The notes: generated by a model not told the origin, from the sequence alone. 64,000 nucleotides of DNA from Octopus vulgaris (GCA_951406725.2 OX597828.1:65286001-65350000), one strand, 5' to 3'; positions 15,936-29,715 are shown, counted from the stretch's first letter. Numbers and translations are program-made.

Positions 15936-16700
15936 ATCTATTATATAAAATCCGTTCTGTCTGTGTGTGTGTGTGTCTTCTAGGATCTCGTGCAATCTCC
16001 ATCCGATTCCGCTCAAATTTGATATGTAGATACTGACGGTAACAGGGCGTGTATAAGTCTTGAAAAAAAATCGATTCCAGGTGAGAATGTGATCAATAGA
16101 GCCGTGGGAACGTGCATTTGTACGCACAAGTACATCAGCTGTTGCGATCGCTACTACGTGTACGCGAGAAAAATGCACGTGCAGTCTGCGCAAAAAAAGC
16201 TGGCTGGCTTGAAATAATGCCACAAAATGCAGTATATTTAAGAGAGCAAAAAAGTAAGATACAAAAGAGATATTTTCTTCAAACTTGGCATGAAGGAAGG
16301 AAAGACTATTTGGTTTCCTAAGAATTTTTTTCCTTAAATTCGTTTAGCAAAACCAAACATTTTATCGAAATAAAGGCATGCTTAATTATTTTTTAATGAA
16401 AAGAAAACACTGATTGCTTTTTATTCAAAAAAGAAAATACTATTTTCTTGCTAATAAATTATTTTGTTGCCTTACAGCTTTAAACCAAAAAAAGTGAGTT
16501 TTTTAGTGAAAGAAAACCATTATTGTATTCAATCAAGATTGTTTGAGCTTTATTTCAAGGTGAATGTAGTCAAAATACTTCAATATTAGAAACAAAATAC
16601 TATTTCCTTGTTTTTTAATCGTGCACTATTAGCATTTTCTAAACGTACACAATTAACCTACAATTGACCAGTTTTTGGGGGTTTTTATGAAAATGCGATA
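15936..16700 (+). mobile_element. Non-autonomous Helitron/DINE-like element (copies at ~17398 and ~29925-30420)
   Basis: 5' TCTATTATATAAAA followed by (ctgt/gt)n and ccgatt..ctcaaatttg, typical of insect/mollusc Helitron-like elements. Three copies in the window; 3' end not defined. Confidence 0.55.
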
Positions 16701-19257
16701 CTTTTACATTTTTAATTATATTTGTGTTATTGTTTCAAAGGTATTGGTGTTTTAGAAAAACTGAAGGACCGCCACAATAAGTGTGTGATATGATGTGTGT
16801 TATTCTATAATATACATAGATATATACATACACACACACATATGCATATATACATAAACGCACACACGTGTGTGTATGTGTGTGTGTGTGCGCGCGCGTG
16901 CGTGCGTGTGTGTATATTATTATAATGCATTAATTTCTTGGTATGCTTTGTTTTACTCTCATTTGTACTGTGGCGTTGATACACATCTAAAGACTCATGT
17001 TCGTCCAAGTAATATTTCGAGTCTAACAGGACATTTGGAGTAGCATCTGTTGTTTGTTGCAAATTACATTCCATCGTACCCATTTTGCCGCGAAATATAG
17101 ACCTGTGAGGTGGTGTGATTTAGATGCCCGCTTTACAACCACCATGATTTTTTCGTTCATACTTGGTGTATGACACCTCGGGCTAGTGGCTTATACAATG
17201 AATTGCGCGTGTATTTACACACGTACTGTTGGCAATTTCTTTTCATTCTCTGAACTTTTCCTTTTCTCCTTTCCGACGAAGAGTTATGCACGAAACGTCA
17301 AACTCTCACTTTTTCACCGAGCGTCGAGCTAATACATTTCTTGTACACGTCCTATTGTTGTCCTTCAATTTTACTCGTTTATTTGAATTGACTATATATC
17401 TATTATATAAAATCCGTTCTGTCTGTGTGTGTGTGTGTCTTCTAGGATCTCGTGCAATCTCCATCCGATTCCGCTCAAATTTGATATGTAGATACTGACG
17501 GTAACAGGGCGTGTATAAGTCTTGAAAAAAATCGATTCCAGGTGAGAATGTGATCAATAGAGCCGTGGGAACGTGCATTTGTACGCACAAGTACATCAGC
17601 TGTTGCGATCGCTACTACGTGTACGCGAGAAAAATGCACGTGCAGTCTGCGCAAAAAAAGCTGGCTGGCTTGAAATAATGCCACAAAATGCAGTATATTT
17701 AAGAGAGCAAAAAAGTAAGATACAAAAGAGATATTTTCTTCAAACTTGGCATGAAGGAAGGAAAGACTATTTGGTTTCCTAAGAATTTTTTTTCCTTAAA
17801 TTCGTTTAGCAAAACCAAACATTTTATTGAAATAAAGGCATGCTTAATTATTTTTTAATGAAAAGAAAACACTGATTGCTTTTTATTCAAAAAAGAAAAT
17901 ACTATTTTCTTGCTAATAAATTATTTTGTTGCCTTACAGCTTTAAACCAAAAAAAGTGAGTTTTTTAGTGAAAGAAAACCATTATTGTATTCAATCAAGA
18001 TTGTTTGAGCTTTATTTCAAGGTGAATGTAGTCAAAATACTTCAATATTAGAAACAAAATACTATTTCCTTGTTTTTTAATCGTGCACTATTAGCATTTT
18101 CTAAACGTACACAATTAACCTACAATTGACCAGTTTTTGGTGGGTTTTTATGAAAATGCGATACTTTTACATTTTTAATTATATTTGTGTTATTGTTTCA
18201 AAGGTATTGGTGTTTTAGAAAAACTGAAGGACCGCCACAATAAGTGTGTGAACCTGATAGGGAAATGTCTTGAATAAAATCATAATTGACTGACGGTCTT
18301 AAACGTTTTGCACCGTCTCATATACATACATACAGACAGACAGACAGACATACATATAACAGAGAGAGAAAGAGATGATTAAATGTACACATATGTATAC
18401 ATGTATATGTGTACACAAGCATACACACTGACACACACATAGATATATAAATATATTTGCGACTGTGTGATGATCAGTTTCAAGAAACCCTGAGTAGCAG
18501 TTCAAGAAGTCTTCTCATCTTCAATATGTGTATACGTACACATATTCGTATGTGTACGTACACATATTTGTATCTTCGTATGTGTATACGTACGAAAATA
18601 AGTACCTATAAGTGCATATCAGGTCATTATCATCGCAACTAGTAACATATAAATAACTCAGTACGACCTGTGACATCTTCTTCGGTGGTTTTAACAACCA
18701 GCAAGCTATTTCTGCAACAAGTCTCACAGCTTCATCATGGTTGCTGTTCAGATATTGGACACAATTTCAGATATTGGCTTCTTAATTTGTATGAAGTGGT
18801 GGCATGTTATTTAAATGAATTTTCATAAAAATGCAACTCTTTCTATTGTTTTCTGTTTTGTTTCACTTTGCAGAATTGCAGAATGCGAAAATTAGAAACC
18901 GCACCTTTCGAAACAGCTCTCTGCGTATTCATTGTTTTCCGATATCGTTTGTACTGTTATGGTAGTAGTTGGTGCCCAAGAGCGTAGATATTCTTGACGA
19001 TTGGGAAAGACTAAGTGCTGCACTAACCTCGCAGTTTGTTGCAGAAACGTTACCATTGTATTTGGAATTAATGTTGTTGTTGTTGTTTTATTTCTCAGAG
19101 CGCTCGGTCTTGTTTGCACTGGTTGATTCTGTGAAAGTAGACAGCAGCCTGTTACCAGAAGTCCCACAGGGTCTCTTTCCGCTTGATACATCAATAATAA
19201 TAATAATTATCATTATTATTATTATTATTATTATTGATGAAAGGCAAAGTCGACCTC

Positions 19258-19494
19258 GGCGTCGAGCTGGCAGAAACGTTAGCACGCCGGGCGAAATGTT
19301 TAGCCGTATTTCATCAGCTGTTACGTTCTGAGTTCAAATTCCACCGAGGTCGACTTTGCCTTTCATCCATTCGGGGTCGATTAAATAAGTACCAGTTACG
19401 CACTGGGGTCGATATAATCGACTTAATCCGTTTGTCTGTCCTTGTTTGTCCTCTCTGTGTTTAGCCCATTGTGGGTAGTAAAGAAATAGGTATT
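19258..19494 (+). mobile_element. SINE family A, followed by a diverged relative at ~19520-19715
   Basis: Same sequence as 12771-13006 in reverse orientation. Confidence 0.9.
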
Positions 19495-19713
19495 TGAACC
19501 TAGGAACCCAGAACGTGAAGACATGCGTAATGCCATGAAATGCTTAATGATATTTCGTTTGTTTTCACGTTCTGGGTTCAAATTCCGCCGAGGTCGACTT
19601 TGCCTTTCATCCTTTCGGAGGCAATAAATTAAGTGCCAGTGAAACACTGGGTTGATGCAATCCATTATCTCCCCGTCTCCCAAATTTCAGGCCTTGTGCC
19701 TATAGCAGAAAAG

Positions 19714-19730
19714 ATTATTATTATTATTAA

Positions 19731-19778
<48 letters not shown>

Positions 19779-19841
19779 CATCATTATTATTTTTGTTATT
19801 ATTGTTATTAGTATTATTGTTATTATTGTTATTATTATTAC

Positions 19842-19917
<76 letters not shown>

Positions 19918-19989
19918 TTTTTTTTATTATTATTATTATCATTATTATTATTATAATTATTATTATCATCATTATTATTATCATCATCA

Positions 19990-20035
<46 letters not shown>
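19714..20035. repeat. (ATT)n-type trinucleotide microsatellite
   Basis: Direct reading. Confidence 0.97.
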
Positions 20036-20036
<1 letters not shown>

Positions 20037-20262
20037 GAAAAACTCACAGCTTATTTTGCTGGGTATGATGGAAAGTATCAGCTGTCCACAGCCAGCAGAC
20101 TAACGTGACACTTGTTTACTGGTCATGCTTCAAAAACCTTGTGAAGAGTTCTTGCAGTTCCAAGCAATGCTGGTTTTTGTTGGTGTTCTACCTTCACACT
20201 TGCACCGATCTTTTTCAGCCATGTTGGTAGTTGAGTGCTGATACTTCCAAGTGCACCAATGC
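20036..20262 (-). mobile_element. R4/Dong-type RLE LINE 3' end
   Basis: Minus frame IGALGSISTQLPTWLKKIG..QKPALLGTARTLHKV*; 3' end abuts (ATT)n. Confidence 0.75.
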
Positions 20263-20453
20263 TAATATTATTAGCGTTATCACCAGTGTTGTTATTGCTG
20301 ATACTATCATAATCATTACCACAGTTATTAGCGATTGTAATGGCGCCCCTGTCAATAGTATTCTCGGTAATGTTAGTTTTATGATTGTTATTATCATTTC
20401 TGCCACTAGGATTAATAGTAATATCATAATTATGGCCATTGTAATTACTATTA

Positions 20454-20510
<57 letters not shown>

Positions 20511-20511
<1 letters not shown>

Positions 20512-20917
20512 ATGTTTGACTTTTGCTTTATATTTGTACAAGTTGGCTCCAAGTCTCACCCGGAGACCTCAAGAGACAACAGGTTGGAAGTTCACGTTGT
20601 TGTTATGCCTAGTGTGCCATATATTTTGGTTGTTTTTTGTGTTGTACTAGTGGATGTCTAAAAAAGAATGTTTGTTTTAAACCTTGAGATTACAAAGAAA
20701 GTATTTTGCGTAGGATATGAGCAGTTCTCATGAGTACTATCTTTTGAATTTCTGCCATTTTGGGGTTTCCTGGTATCTGAGTTAGGTAGCAATCAGCCCC
20801 TTTTGCTATCATTCCCAGGGCACCTATGACAACAGGTATTGTTTTAGTCTTCAGGTTCCACATTTTGCTGATTTCTATTTCAAGATCTTTATATTTGCTC
20901 AGTTTTTGGTAGGTCTT
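20511..20917 (-). mobile_element. R4/Dong-type RLE LINE 3' end
   Basis: KLSKYKDLEIEISKMWNLKTKTIPVVIGALG...IQKIVLMRTAHILRKIL*; flanked on both sides by (ATT)n. Confidence 0.85.
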
Positions 20918-21204
20918 ATTATTATTATTATTATTTTTATTATTATTATTATTATTGTTGTTGTTGTTGTTGTTCTTATTATCATCATTTTTACTTTAAT
21001 TTGTACCCACCAGCTCGAGAAAAGACAGCTTCTAGCCGCCTGTACTGGGCAGTCTCAACACCACACCTTCAGTTTCAGCTGAAAGCGAAGTTTTATTGGT
21101 AAGCCTGAGCACGCATCGTACATACGTATTACTTTATGGCAGTTGACGAAAACTCCTTATATATTTTGTATATACGTACATACACACACAGACAGATACA
21201 CTTT

Positions 21205-21270
21205 CACTTACACACATACATACATACATACATACATACATACATACATACATTCATATATATATGTATG

Positions 21271-21346
<76 letters not shown>

Positions 21347-21462
21347 CATATATATATATATATACATACATATATATATATATATACATACATATATATA
21401 TATATATACATACATATATATATATATATACATACATATATATATATATATATACATACATA

Positions 21463-21500
<38 letters not shown>

Positions 21501-21626
21501 CATATATATGTATATATATATATATACATACATATATATGTATATATATATATACATATATATATACACACACATATATATGTATGTATATATATATATA
21601 TGTATGTATATATATATGTATGTATA

Positions 21627-21682
<56 letters not shown>
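21205..21682. repeat. (TACA)n/(TA)n microsatellite
   Basis: Direct reading. Confidence 0.97.
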
Positions 21683-21685
<3 letters not shown>

Positions 21686-23890
21686 TATTTAATAGACACA
21701 ACACAATTTTTAATGTGTTACTAATTGTGTCATAGGTTGAGAAATACTTCAAACATATTAATCAGGGGCAAACCACACATCCCTAACTCGGTACTGAACT
21801 CTAGACCTGAAGTTTTCAGCGGTTGTAAATATATGTCTAAGTACATATTGAAGAATTGCAAAATTCCGCTTATACTTGCTTGTAGCTAAAATTAATGATT
21901 TTGTGGATTTCTTAAAAACATCCGTCCTCTCAGCGTTGAGAAACTGTACATTCGAACAGAAGAAATATTTTGTATCAAATGACCACTTAACTATATCCCT
22001 TTACACTAATGTGAATTTCATATTTCATATCTTACTACAACGACGAAATAAGTACCATTCAATATATAGGATCGCTAATATCATACAGCTATCACACGTT
22101 GTGTCGGTATTAAAATATTTCTGTCTCTCTAATTGACAACTTAATTACATTGTCACTACTTCAGGTGTTGAAGCGGCACCTGTTCCTCGGAGCGCAGAAG
22201 CAACGCTTCTTCACAACACAAACGTAAGTTATACACATCTCTTGTCATTCATATTATGTTGTAAGGTACAAACCTTACAACTAAACAGTTTGCCTAAACC
22301 TTTCTTTCTGTAACGTTAGGATTAAGTTTTTTTTTTACATCTGACTGAATTAATTACCAATGGTGTTGCTCTTCAAATATTTCTTTATGATGGAAGACAT
22401 GTTCTACTTTTATAAATCACTAAATACATCAATCAAATCTGTTAAATATTTTGTTTTGAATTACCTCCTTTACATGATTTCCTCCTCTGCTTTCATATAT
22501 TTCTGAAATATTTTTCATTTCTTTCGTTGTTCTAATATTTGAGGAGGTGTTTTCTCTTTCCTTCAGTATTAACGAACGCTTTCATAATACATCTATCTTA
22601 CTTTCAATAATTTTCTTTCGAGGCGTCTTTATTATGGATTTAGAGGTTGTTCTTTTGACAGTATCTGCGTAAATCAATTTGTTTACTCTTTGAAAGCAGA
22701 CATTACTTTAGAAATCTTTGTTAATACCATGTTGTATTTGGCATGTCTGTGATCTTTTAGCTTATTTATATTTTAAGATGGACATTCTCTGTTATACATT
22801 TTATTGATTGAGTTGTTAATTCTTTCAATAATGATAATAATGATGATAATAATAAATGGGATTATTTACGATAGTTTTTTTAACAAAAAATAACTTCAAT
22901 AGGGTGAAATACGGTGAATAGGGAAATATTTAGGAAGTGAGTTTTACCAACAAGATTCCATAAAGTCACTGTCCACCAAATTTTAAACACAATGCTTTGG
23001 TCACTTCAAGGATATGGTAGCAGGCACTTCCCAAAGTTCGACAGCTTGTATTAAAGACAAACTTAACTCCCTAAGAATTAAGTCGAACGGATTTCTCTTT
23101 GTTCTCTGTTGATATGGATAGTTCTTTCTGTTTGAGTTTTCTTCTCAAACTATAATGTTGTTTGTGTCAAGAAAGTCCGCTCCTACCTCGCTTGAGAATG
23201 GGCGACTGATACATTATTGGCTTTGACATTCCGAAGAGTAAAACAGACTGGGGTAACTGATGTTTTTTTTTTATTGATTTGCCAGCTTGTAAGTGACATT
23301 GTAGGTCGTAATTTCCCCAGAGCTCCCAATTGGTCATTCTTGCCACATTGTCATAACGTTTTTGTATTCGCGTTGTACATTATTATCATTATTGTTGTTT
23401 TATTGTTATTATTATTATCAATACCAACACCGTTATCATTGGACATTACCATTGACGAGGAGAGCAAATTCGATGGCGGCTCTAAAACTTCTTCACAATT
23501 CTCTAGAAATGAGGAGGGTTTTTTTATAAAAACTTTTGTCAGGTGTACAGAGGATCTAATCCACTTCTTTTTGTTGAAGTTTCTACCATTTGCCTAAAGT
23601 ACCTCACGGGGAATTTGTTTGTTTAAATTTTTATTTAGAAAATTTTCATAAAGAATAAAAAAAACCTGGGTCCTTGTGAAAGAAAATGTGAAAGATAGTG
23701 TTGAAAGAAGGAAGAGGGTTAAATATCAGAATAATAAATGTGATTTGGTTTTCTTTTGATAGTATCATCCTATTATAGTCATGTGTTCATACATGATTGA
23801 TAGACAAATAAACAACAACAACCAGTACAATAGCAGCTATGTGAAGACCAACAACAATAAATATGACGACACCAAAAGAGTGATGGAGGC

Positions 23891-23924
<34 letters not shown>

Positions 23925-24616
23925 AAAACAATGTGAAAACAACGATAACAATAAAAACAAAAAATATGTTTGGTTTAGCCAGAAGCCAGTGAAAAACTCA
24001 CTGTCTTGAGGGAAAAGATTTATATGTAAAAGAGGCCAAACGTGATAAAACTTGACCTGATTTTATGAAACTTCCATTGAAAAGAAGTAAACAAAATGTA
24101 AGCAAAAAAGATTTATCAACTCATCTTCAGTAGAAGAAAGGAAGTTGCAGTAACCAAGAGCCACAGAAATTTCATTATATTCGCAAGAGGTGCGCTGTAG
24201 TACGATTGGTGGCGAGAAAACAGCTTGGGACAGTTGTTACCATGTGCAAAAGTGAGGTGGATGACAGAACAGTATTCATAATTATGTGCACATCGCAAAG
24301 ATTTATTATATTCCCTCTTTGCAACGGAAAAAATGTAACAAAAGATAAGTGATTGACACATGGACCAAGCGACTGTGATAGTAATGGTAGAAATGGTAAA
24401 TAATAACGGAAAGGTGATAATAATAAAATCAACCCACCAACGAAACAAAACGGGAATGTTGCTGGAATTGAATGGATTGAACCTGAAACCATGGTGGGTG
24501 TCCCTTCCCAGTTTGTTTCCGAAGAGTATGAAGAAATGTGAGAGATAGTAGAAGAGAGGATGCCGAAATGCTACACACACCATGAATCATTTCACGGAAG
24601 AACGAGACATTAATAT

Positions 24617-24845
24617 ATGTTTCTTTATTACCCACAAGGGGCTAAACATAGAGGAGACAAACAAGGACAGACAGACGGATTAAGTCGATTATATCGACCA
24701 CAGTGCGTAACTGGTACTTAATTTATCGACCTCGAAAGGATGAAAGTCGACCTCGGTGGAATTTGAACTCAGAACGTAACGACAGACGAAATACGGCTAC
24801 GCATTTCGCCCGGCGTGCTAACTTTTCTGCCAGCTCGCCGCCTTC
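24617..24845 (-). mobile_element. SINE family A
   Basis: Similarity to 12771-13006. Confidence 0.9.
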
Positions 24846-25871
24846 ACAAGATATAAATATATTTGATAAGATATTCAGATGCTAGGGTAATTCAGCAAAA
24901 TATCGTCAGTAAAGGTATTTAGATTTGTACTAGCAGAGCTGAAGTTATAGTACTGTTGATGATACCATTAGGAACTACAACCTTAGCTGAAAACATTTCA
25001 GATCGTTCTCTTCTAAAGTATCACTGTATTGTACACGAAGAGACGTGTGGAAAACAACTACTTGCGGCATGTTATATTAATGGTTGTAAAATACATGAAT
25101 AAAACTAAGCAAGACCATTAACCAGACGGGAATATGGCGAAATGTTAGATTTGGTATATGGTCATCTTGCTCTCCATTATGAGATGCGCTGGTGCTGGTT
25201 TTCTAGAAGGTCAGTTCGAATAGGTTTTGGAAATTGGAAAATAATGAGGATAATTTTCAGAAAGAGAAACATGAATTGCCCAAAGAAAGTCCTCTCCTAT
25301 GTGATAACAACTGGCTATTTGATTTATCTTTTCAGTTAATGTTATCAAAATGATATAAATTTGAAGCTGGGAAATGAGAAATGGTAAATGATATCAAAGT
25401 ATTCAAGATGGAATTAAAACTGTTCATCTCGGTTAAAAATGAGAATTTGAAATAGTTTCTACCTCTAAAAGACCAAAGCCAATGTACTGAATGTAATAAC
25501 CATTTTGCAAAATATGTTGAAGAAAATCAGATCAATGCAAGAATAACTTGAAATTTATTTTCGTGATTTTACCAAAGAAAATACTTGCATTTATATACCC
25601 ATTTTGCAGTAAATGAGCAAAATAATCAAGATAATACCTAGCACTATAAAATTAACTTGACATCTTGTTCATTTTAAAAAATAAAGTTTGATAAGTTTCT
25701 CTCACTTAAAAATGCTATAGACAGATTAATTTCATCACCCAGGGAACATTTTTTAACTAAAAAAAGTATATTCAGATTTATGTCTGTCATTTCGAAACTA
25801 CATCCAGGAGTGAAAAAACTAATGAGGTTTCGAATGACTGATGCAAATTTGAGGAACATTTCTGTTCCTCT

Positions 25872-25955
<84 letters not shown>

Positions 25956-27252
25956 CACATGTATATGAGAACTAAATCTCTATATCTCATTTTATACAAA
26001 AATTTGATGAAGTGCAAACTTGTCTGGTGCATCTGAATTCAGGTGTGAAAACAAAAACGAGATCTGAAGAGTGACCTGCGTGTTGGAATGTTGTTCAGCC
26101 CTAGGCCTGCTCCGATAGAGCACATCTCTCATCATAAGCTTTCCAGACATGACTATTCTGTCTTTTTATGTGTCTAGGATTACGTTATCAAATGTGACCT
26201 TCTATTTTAAAGACTGTAGATTTGAGTGATATTAGCTACTATTTCTAGCAAGTCGAGCAATCATGTAGGAGTTAAATCTTTGTCTCATTAGTATTAACTA
26301 TTTTCATTTGATGAAGTCATTGCATCAGCTACAGACAGTGTAATGTGTTATTGTGTGATCGTTGTAATCATTATTCTCTACTTTTTCTACTTTTCAACAG
26401 TATATATATTCCCTTTATATATATGTTCTCTTTCCCCACCATTTTCGGTCCTTATATGTTGGTAGTTGGACTCACTTCATCTATTTCAATGATCTTCTCA
26501 CAAAACATATGAACTGACAAAGAACATGCTCGCTTATTCACGATCTAAATGAAAATATGAATGCACTGTCTCGTCGATTCTTTTCCATGAGTGAGTCCAG
26601 GGAAGTCCCAGTATAATATGACTTGACGACTTTCAGGGCCACATATGGTAAGCGCTGTCATATTCGATATCATATAAAATTCTCAGAAAACTACTCCATA
26701 TTACAGCTTATGTAATTTTTTTTTAATTCCAGACATGTCTTGGTCGAGTAGAACCCTAATCAAAGACACTCCGTCCGTGGTAATTCCTTCATTTTATGGA
26801 TTTTTAATCAGATGGTGGGTGATGTTATTTGACGGAAGTTTGTTATTTTTATCAAGTTAAATAAATACGTAGAGGCTCCACCAGTATTCCTCCTAGGCTA
26901 ATATTTGCTTCTCAATATACAATGTGCTTCCTTTTTAACGCTGTAAATTGTATTTATGCACAATGCCTTCAATTTTTACATTTTCATTTATGAATACTAA
27001 CACTGTTACATGACCAAGAACAGGGTTCCCAGATTCTTTTGTATCGCATGCTCAATATAAAGAGATATTATAAATGGCGTAATATAAAATTTTGCAAGCA
27101 TGAGAGGATAACAATGTCTGTACATTTTTTGTATAAATTCATAAAAACATTCTACGGTTAGAATATAGATACTGAGATAATTTTTTATACATATTGATGA
27201 TTATAGGTAAATCTTGTGACATTTGGAACTTGTTCGTTAATCTTACTTATAC

Positions 27253-27370
<118 letters not shown>

Positions 27371-27389
27371 GCGCGTGTGTGTATATATA

Positions 27390-29367
27390 TGATTGATTGA
27401 TTGATTGATTGATTCTAGTTTCAGCTTATGAGCTGTGGCCATGCTGGGGCACCGCCATTTGGTGTTGCTACTTGGTTTCACTTCATGGAGGCTTTCTAGC
27501 AACTGCTATTTGGTGCATGAGAGAGTTCGATGCAGCTGCCCTCATCTGCCCCTCCTGCCGTGAAGTTGGTTCATCTGGGACACCTGACAGGAAGAGATCC
27601 AGCTTCATTTTAAAGACATCTGTATCCGCCCCATGCAGGTCTCTCAGGTTCTTCGGGAGGATATTGAAGAGCTGTGGGCCTCGGAAGCCCAGGCTATCAC
27701 AGAATCTTGTCCTACATCTTGATGGCAGGTTTGGAGTCCTAGGCACCACGCAGTGGCGTCCAGTTCTGGCATTTGCATAACTCTCGATGCCAAAGTTCAG
27801 GACACTTCCCTCCAGGATCTTCCAGATGTATATTATGGCATATCTTTCCCGCCTACGCTCCAGGGAATATAATTTTAACCTCTTGAGTCTTTCCCAGTAG
27901 CTTACATTCTGCATAGAGGCTATCTTCTTTGTGTAGCTTCGTTGGATCGCCTCAAGTTCTGTGATCAACTTGACACTGGATGGTGACCATAGCTGAGAGC
28001 AATAGTCAAAGTGGCTTAGGACAAGTGTCTTCCAGAGGACCATCATGGTTTCTTGTTCTCTTGTTCTAAAGGTTCTAAGAATCCAGCCAGCCAGCCGTCT
28101 ACATTTCATTGTCAGTTTAGCAACATGTACATGAAAGGTCGCGTCATCACTCATGTGAATACCCAGGTCACGCACTGATTGTGCCTCTGGGATTGCAATC
28201 CCTCCGGGTCCAGTGTATTCATTGGGTATTGCATTCAGTTTTGCATGCTGATAGTATAAAGCTTGAAACTTTCCAGCATTGAACTGCATGCTATTCTTTT
28301 CAGCCCACTTGTATATTTCGTCCAGCTCACATTGCAGGTGTTTAGTGTCCTCAGGGTTCTGTATTGCCTGTGAAACTTTTGTATCATCTGCATAACTTGT
28401 GATCGTGGATCTCTGCGTGGTTGAGGGCATGTCTGAGAGGGCCATTATGAACAGTAGTGGTCCCAAAACAGTGCCCTGTGGAACACCGCTCACTATTTGC
28501 GTGCTAATGGAAGTGGCCCCATTGGCTACTACCACCTGACTTCTATTCTTCAGAAAGTCGTGAAGCCATTCTCCTAGTTTTCCAACTATGCCAAGATCAC
28601 GCAGTTTGTGACATATCATTCCATGATCGACTTTATCGAAGGCCTTTGCGAAGTCGAGATATATGACTTCCACATTTGAGTGGTTGAGCAGTTGTTTCAG
28701 CACCCAGTCATAGTGCTGCAGGAGCTGAGTTAAGCAGCTTCTTCCTGGTCGGAAACCATGTTGGGTGTCAGGCAGCAAGTCATTTTCTTCAAGGAAGGTG
28801 ATTAGTTTCCTTCTGACTATTCGTTCCATGACCTTGCTGATGTGTGAGGTCAGAGAGATAGGTCTGTAATTCTTGGCCTCCGCTCTGCTACCTCCTTTAT
28901 GAATAGGGCATATTTTACCTTCCTTCAGTCCCCTTGGAAGTTTGCCAGCTGCAAGGAAGCTCTGAAAGAGGAGCTGCAGTGGTCTTGCTAAGACTCTCTT
29001 ACATACTTTTAGGAGGATTGCCGGGAATCCATCGGGGCCAATAGCTGAGTCTATTTTCATTTCATCTATAGCCTTGGTTACATCGTCTTCCTTTATATCG
29101 ATGTAATTTTTCGTCGCCGCCTCTGATTCTTTATCTGCAGTGGTAAAGAAGTCAGTTGGATTGCTGATTTGGAAATGCCCAAGGGGTGGAGTGAAAACAC
29201 TCTTGAATTGTTCATTCAGTATTTCACTTACCCTCATTGGTTTTCCTGTGAGTGTGCCATCCTTTTCAAGGAGTGGCCCTATCCTACAGTGCACCGTAGC
29301 TGTTTCTTTGGCATACCTGTAGAAAGCTCTGGGGTTAGTTTTTATGTTGTCTATAGCCCTATTATGT

Positions 29368-29370
<3 letters not shown>
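27390..29370 (-). mobile_element. 5'-truncated CR1-group LINE with 3'UTR and (ATCA)n tail
   Basis: RT ORF, 3'UTR ggcggtgccccagcatggccacagctc...gaaactag, (aatc)n tail; 5' end at (TA)n. Confidence 0.95.
27483..29294 (-). CDS. Non-LTR reverse transcriptase, uninterrupted 603-aa frame, 5'-truncated
   Basis: NYRPISLTS, QHGFRPGRSC, YLDFAKAFDKV, GVPQGTVLGPLLF, YADD, VRDLG, SLERRRERY. Confidence 0.95.
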   Translation of the reverse strand: MHCRIGPLLEKDGTLTGKPMRVSEILNEQFKSVFTPPLGHFQISNPTDFFTTADKESEAATKNYIDIKEDDVTKAIDEMKIDSAIGPDGFPAILLKVCKRVLARPLQLLFQSFLAAGKLPRGLKEGKICPIHKGGSRAEAKNYRPISLTSHISKVMERIVRRKLITFLEENDLLPDTQHGFRPGRSCLTQLLQHYDWVLKQLLNHSNVEVIYLDFAKAFDKVDHGMICHKLRDLGIVGKLGEWLHDFLKNRSQVVVANGATSISTQIVSGVPQGTVLGPLLFIMALSDMPSTTQRSTITSYADDTKVSQAIQNPEDTKHLQCELDEIYKWAEKNSMQFNAGKFQALYYQHAKLNAIPNEYTGPGGIAIPEAQSVRDLGIHMSDDATFHVHVAKLTMKCRRLAGWILRTFRTREQETMMVLWKTLVLSHFDYCSQLWSPSSVKLITELEAIQRSYTKKIASMQNVSYWERLKRLKLYSLERRRERYAIIYIWKILEGSVLNFGIESYANARTGRHCVVPRTPNLPSRCRTRFCDSLGFRGPQLFNILPKNLRDLHGADTDVFKMKLDLFLSGVPDEPTSRQEGQMRAAASNSLMHQIAVARKPP

Positions 29371-29444
<74 letters not shown>

Positions 29445-29516
29445 TTAATGTAGGATAAAATTTGGGGGGATAATTTTTTTTTTTTTTCAGTATCTCATTT
29501 ATTTCTTTACCACATT

Positions 29517-29569
29517 TATCACTGACGAAGGAAAGGTTCTTACGAACTAACCCTGAAATCGGTCCGATA
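29517..29569 (+). ncRNA. Type-I hammerhead ribozyme motif in a ~270-bp element (29446-29718) flanked by (TA)n
   Basis: tatca CTGACGA agg..ggtt..aacc.cct GAAA TCGGTC cgata. Confidence 0.6.
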
Positions 29570-29715
29570 TGATAATGATGGAATTTTTAAGAAATTTCTG
29601 TCGGCTTCTTTTCGAGTAGCCTGCGTATTGTGATAAATTATATGGTAATGGACAATATGTCCAATTTTCGACATATTTGGCATTATAAATTTTTTCGTTT
29701 GCTCTTATTTATAAG

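Larger units (their letters stand above)
15326..18250 (+). repeat. Near-perfect tandem duplication, unit ~1462 bp (15326-16787 / 16788-18250)
   Basis: Identical ORFs offset by 1462 bp; only a few small differences seen. Confidence 0.95.

Noticed and set aside
22300-25060. Partly open frames suggesting a decayed protein-coding gene
   Set aside because: Multiple stops, low complexity, no recognisable domain.
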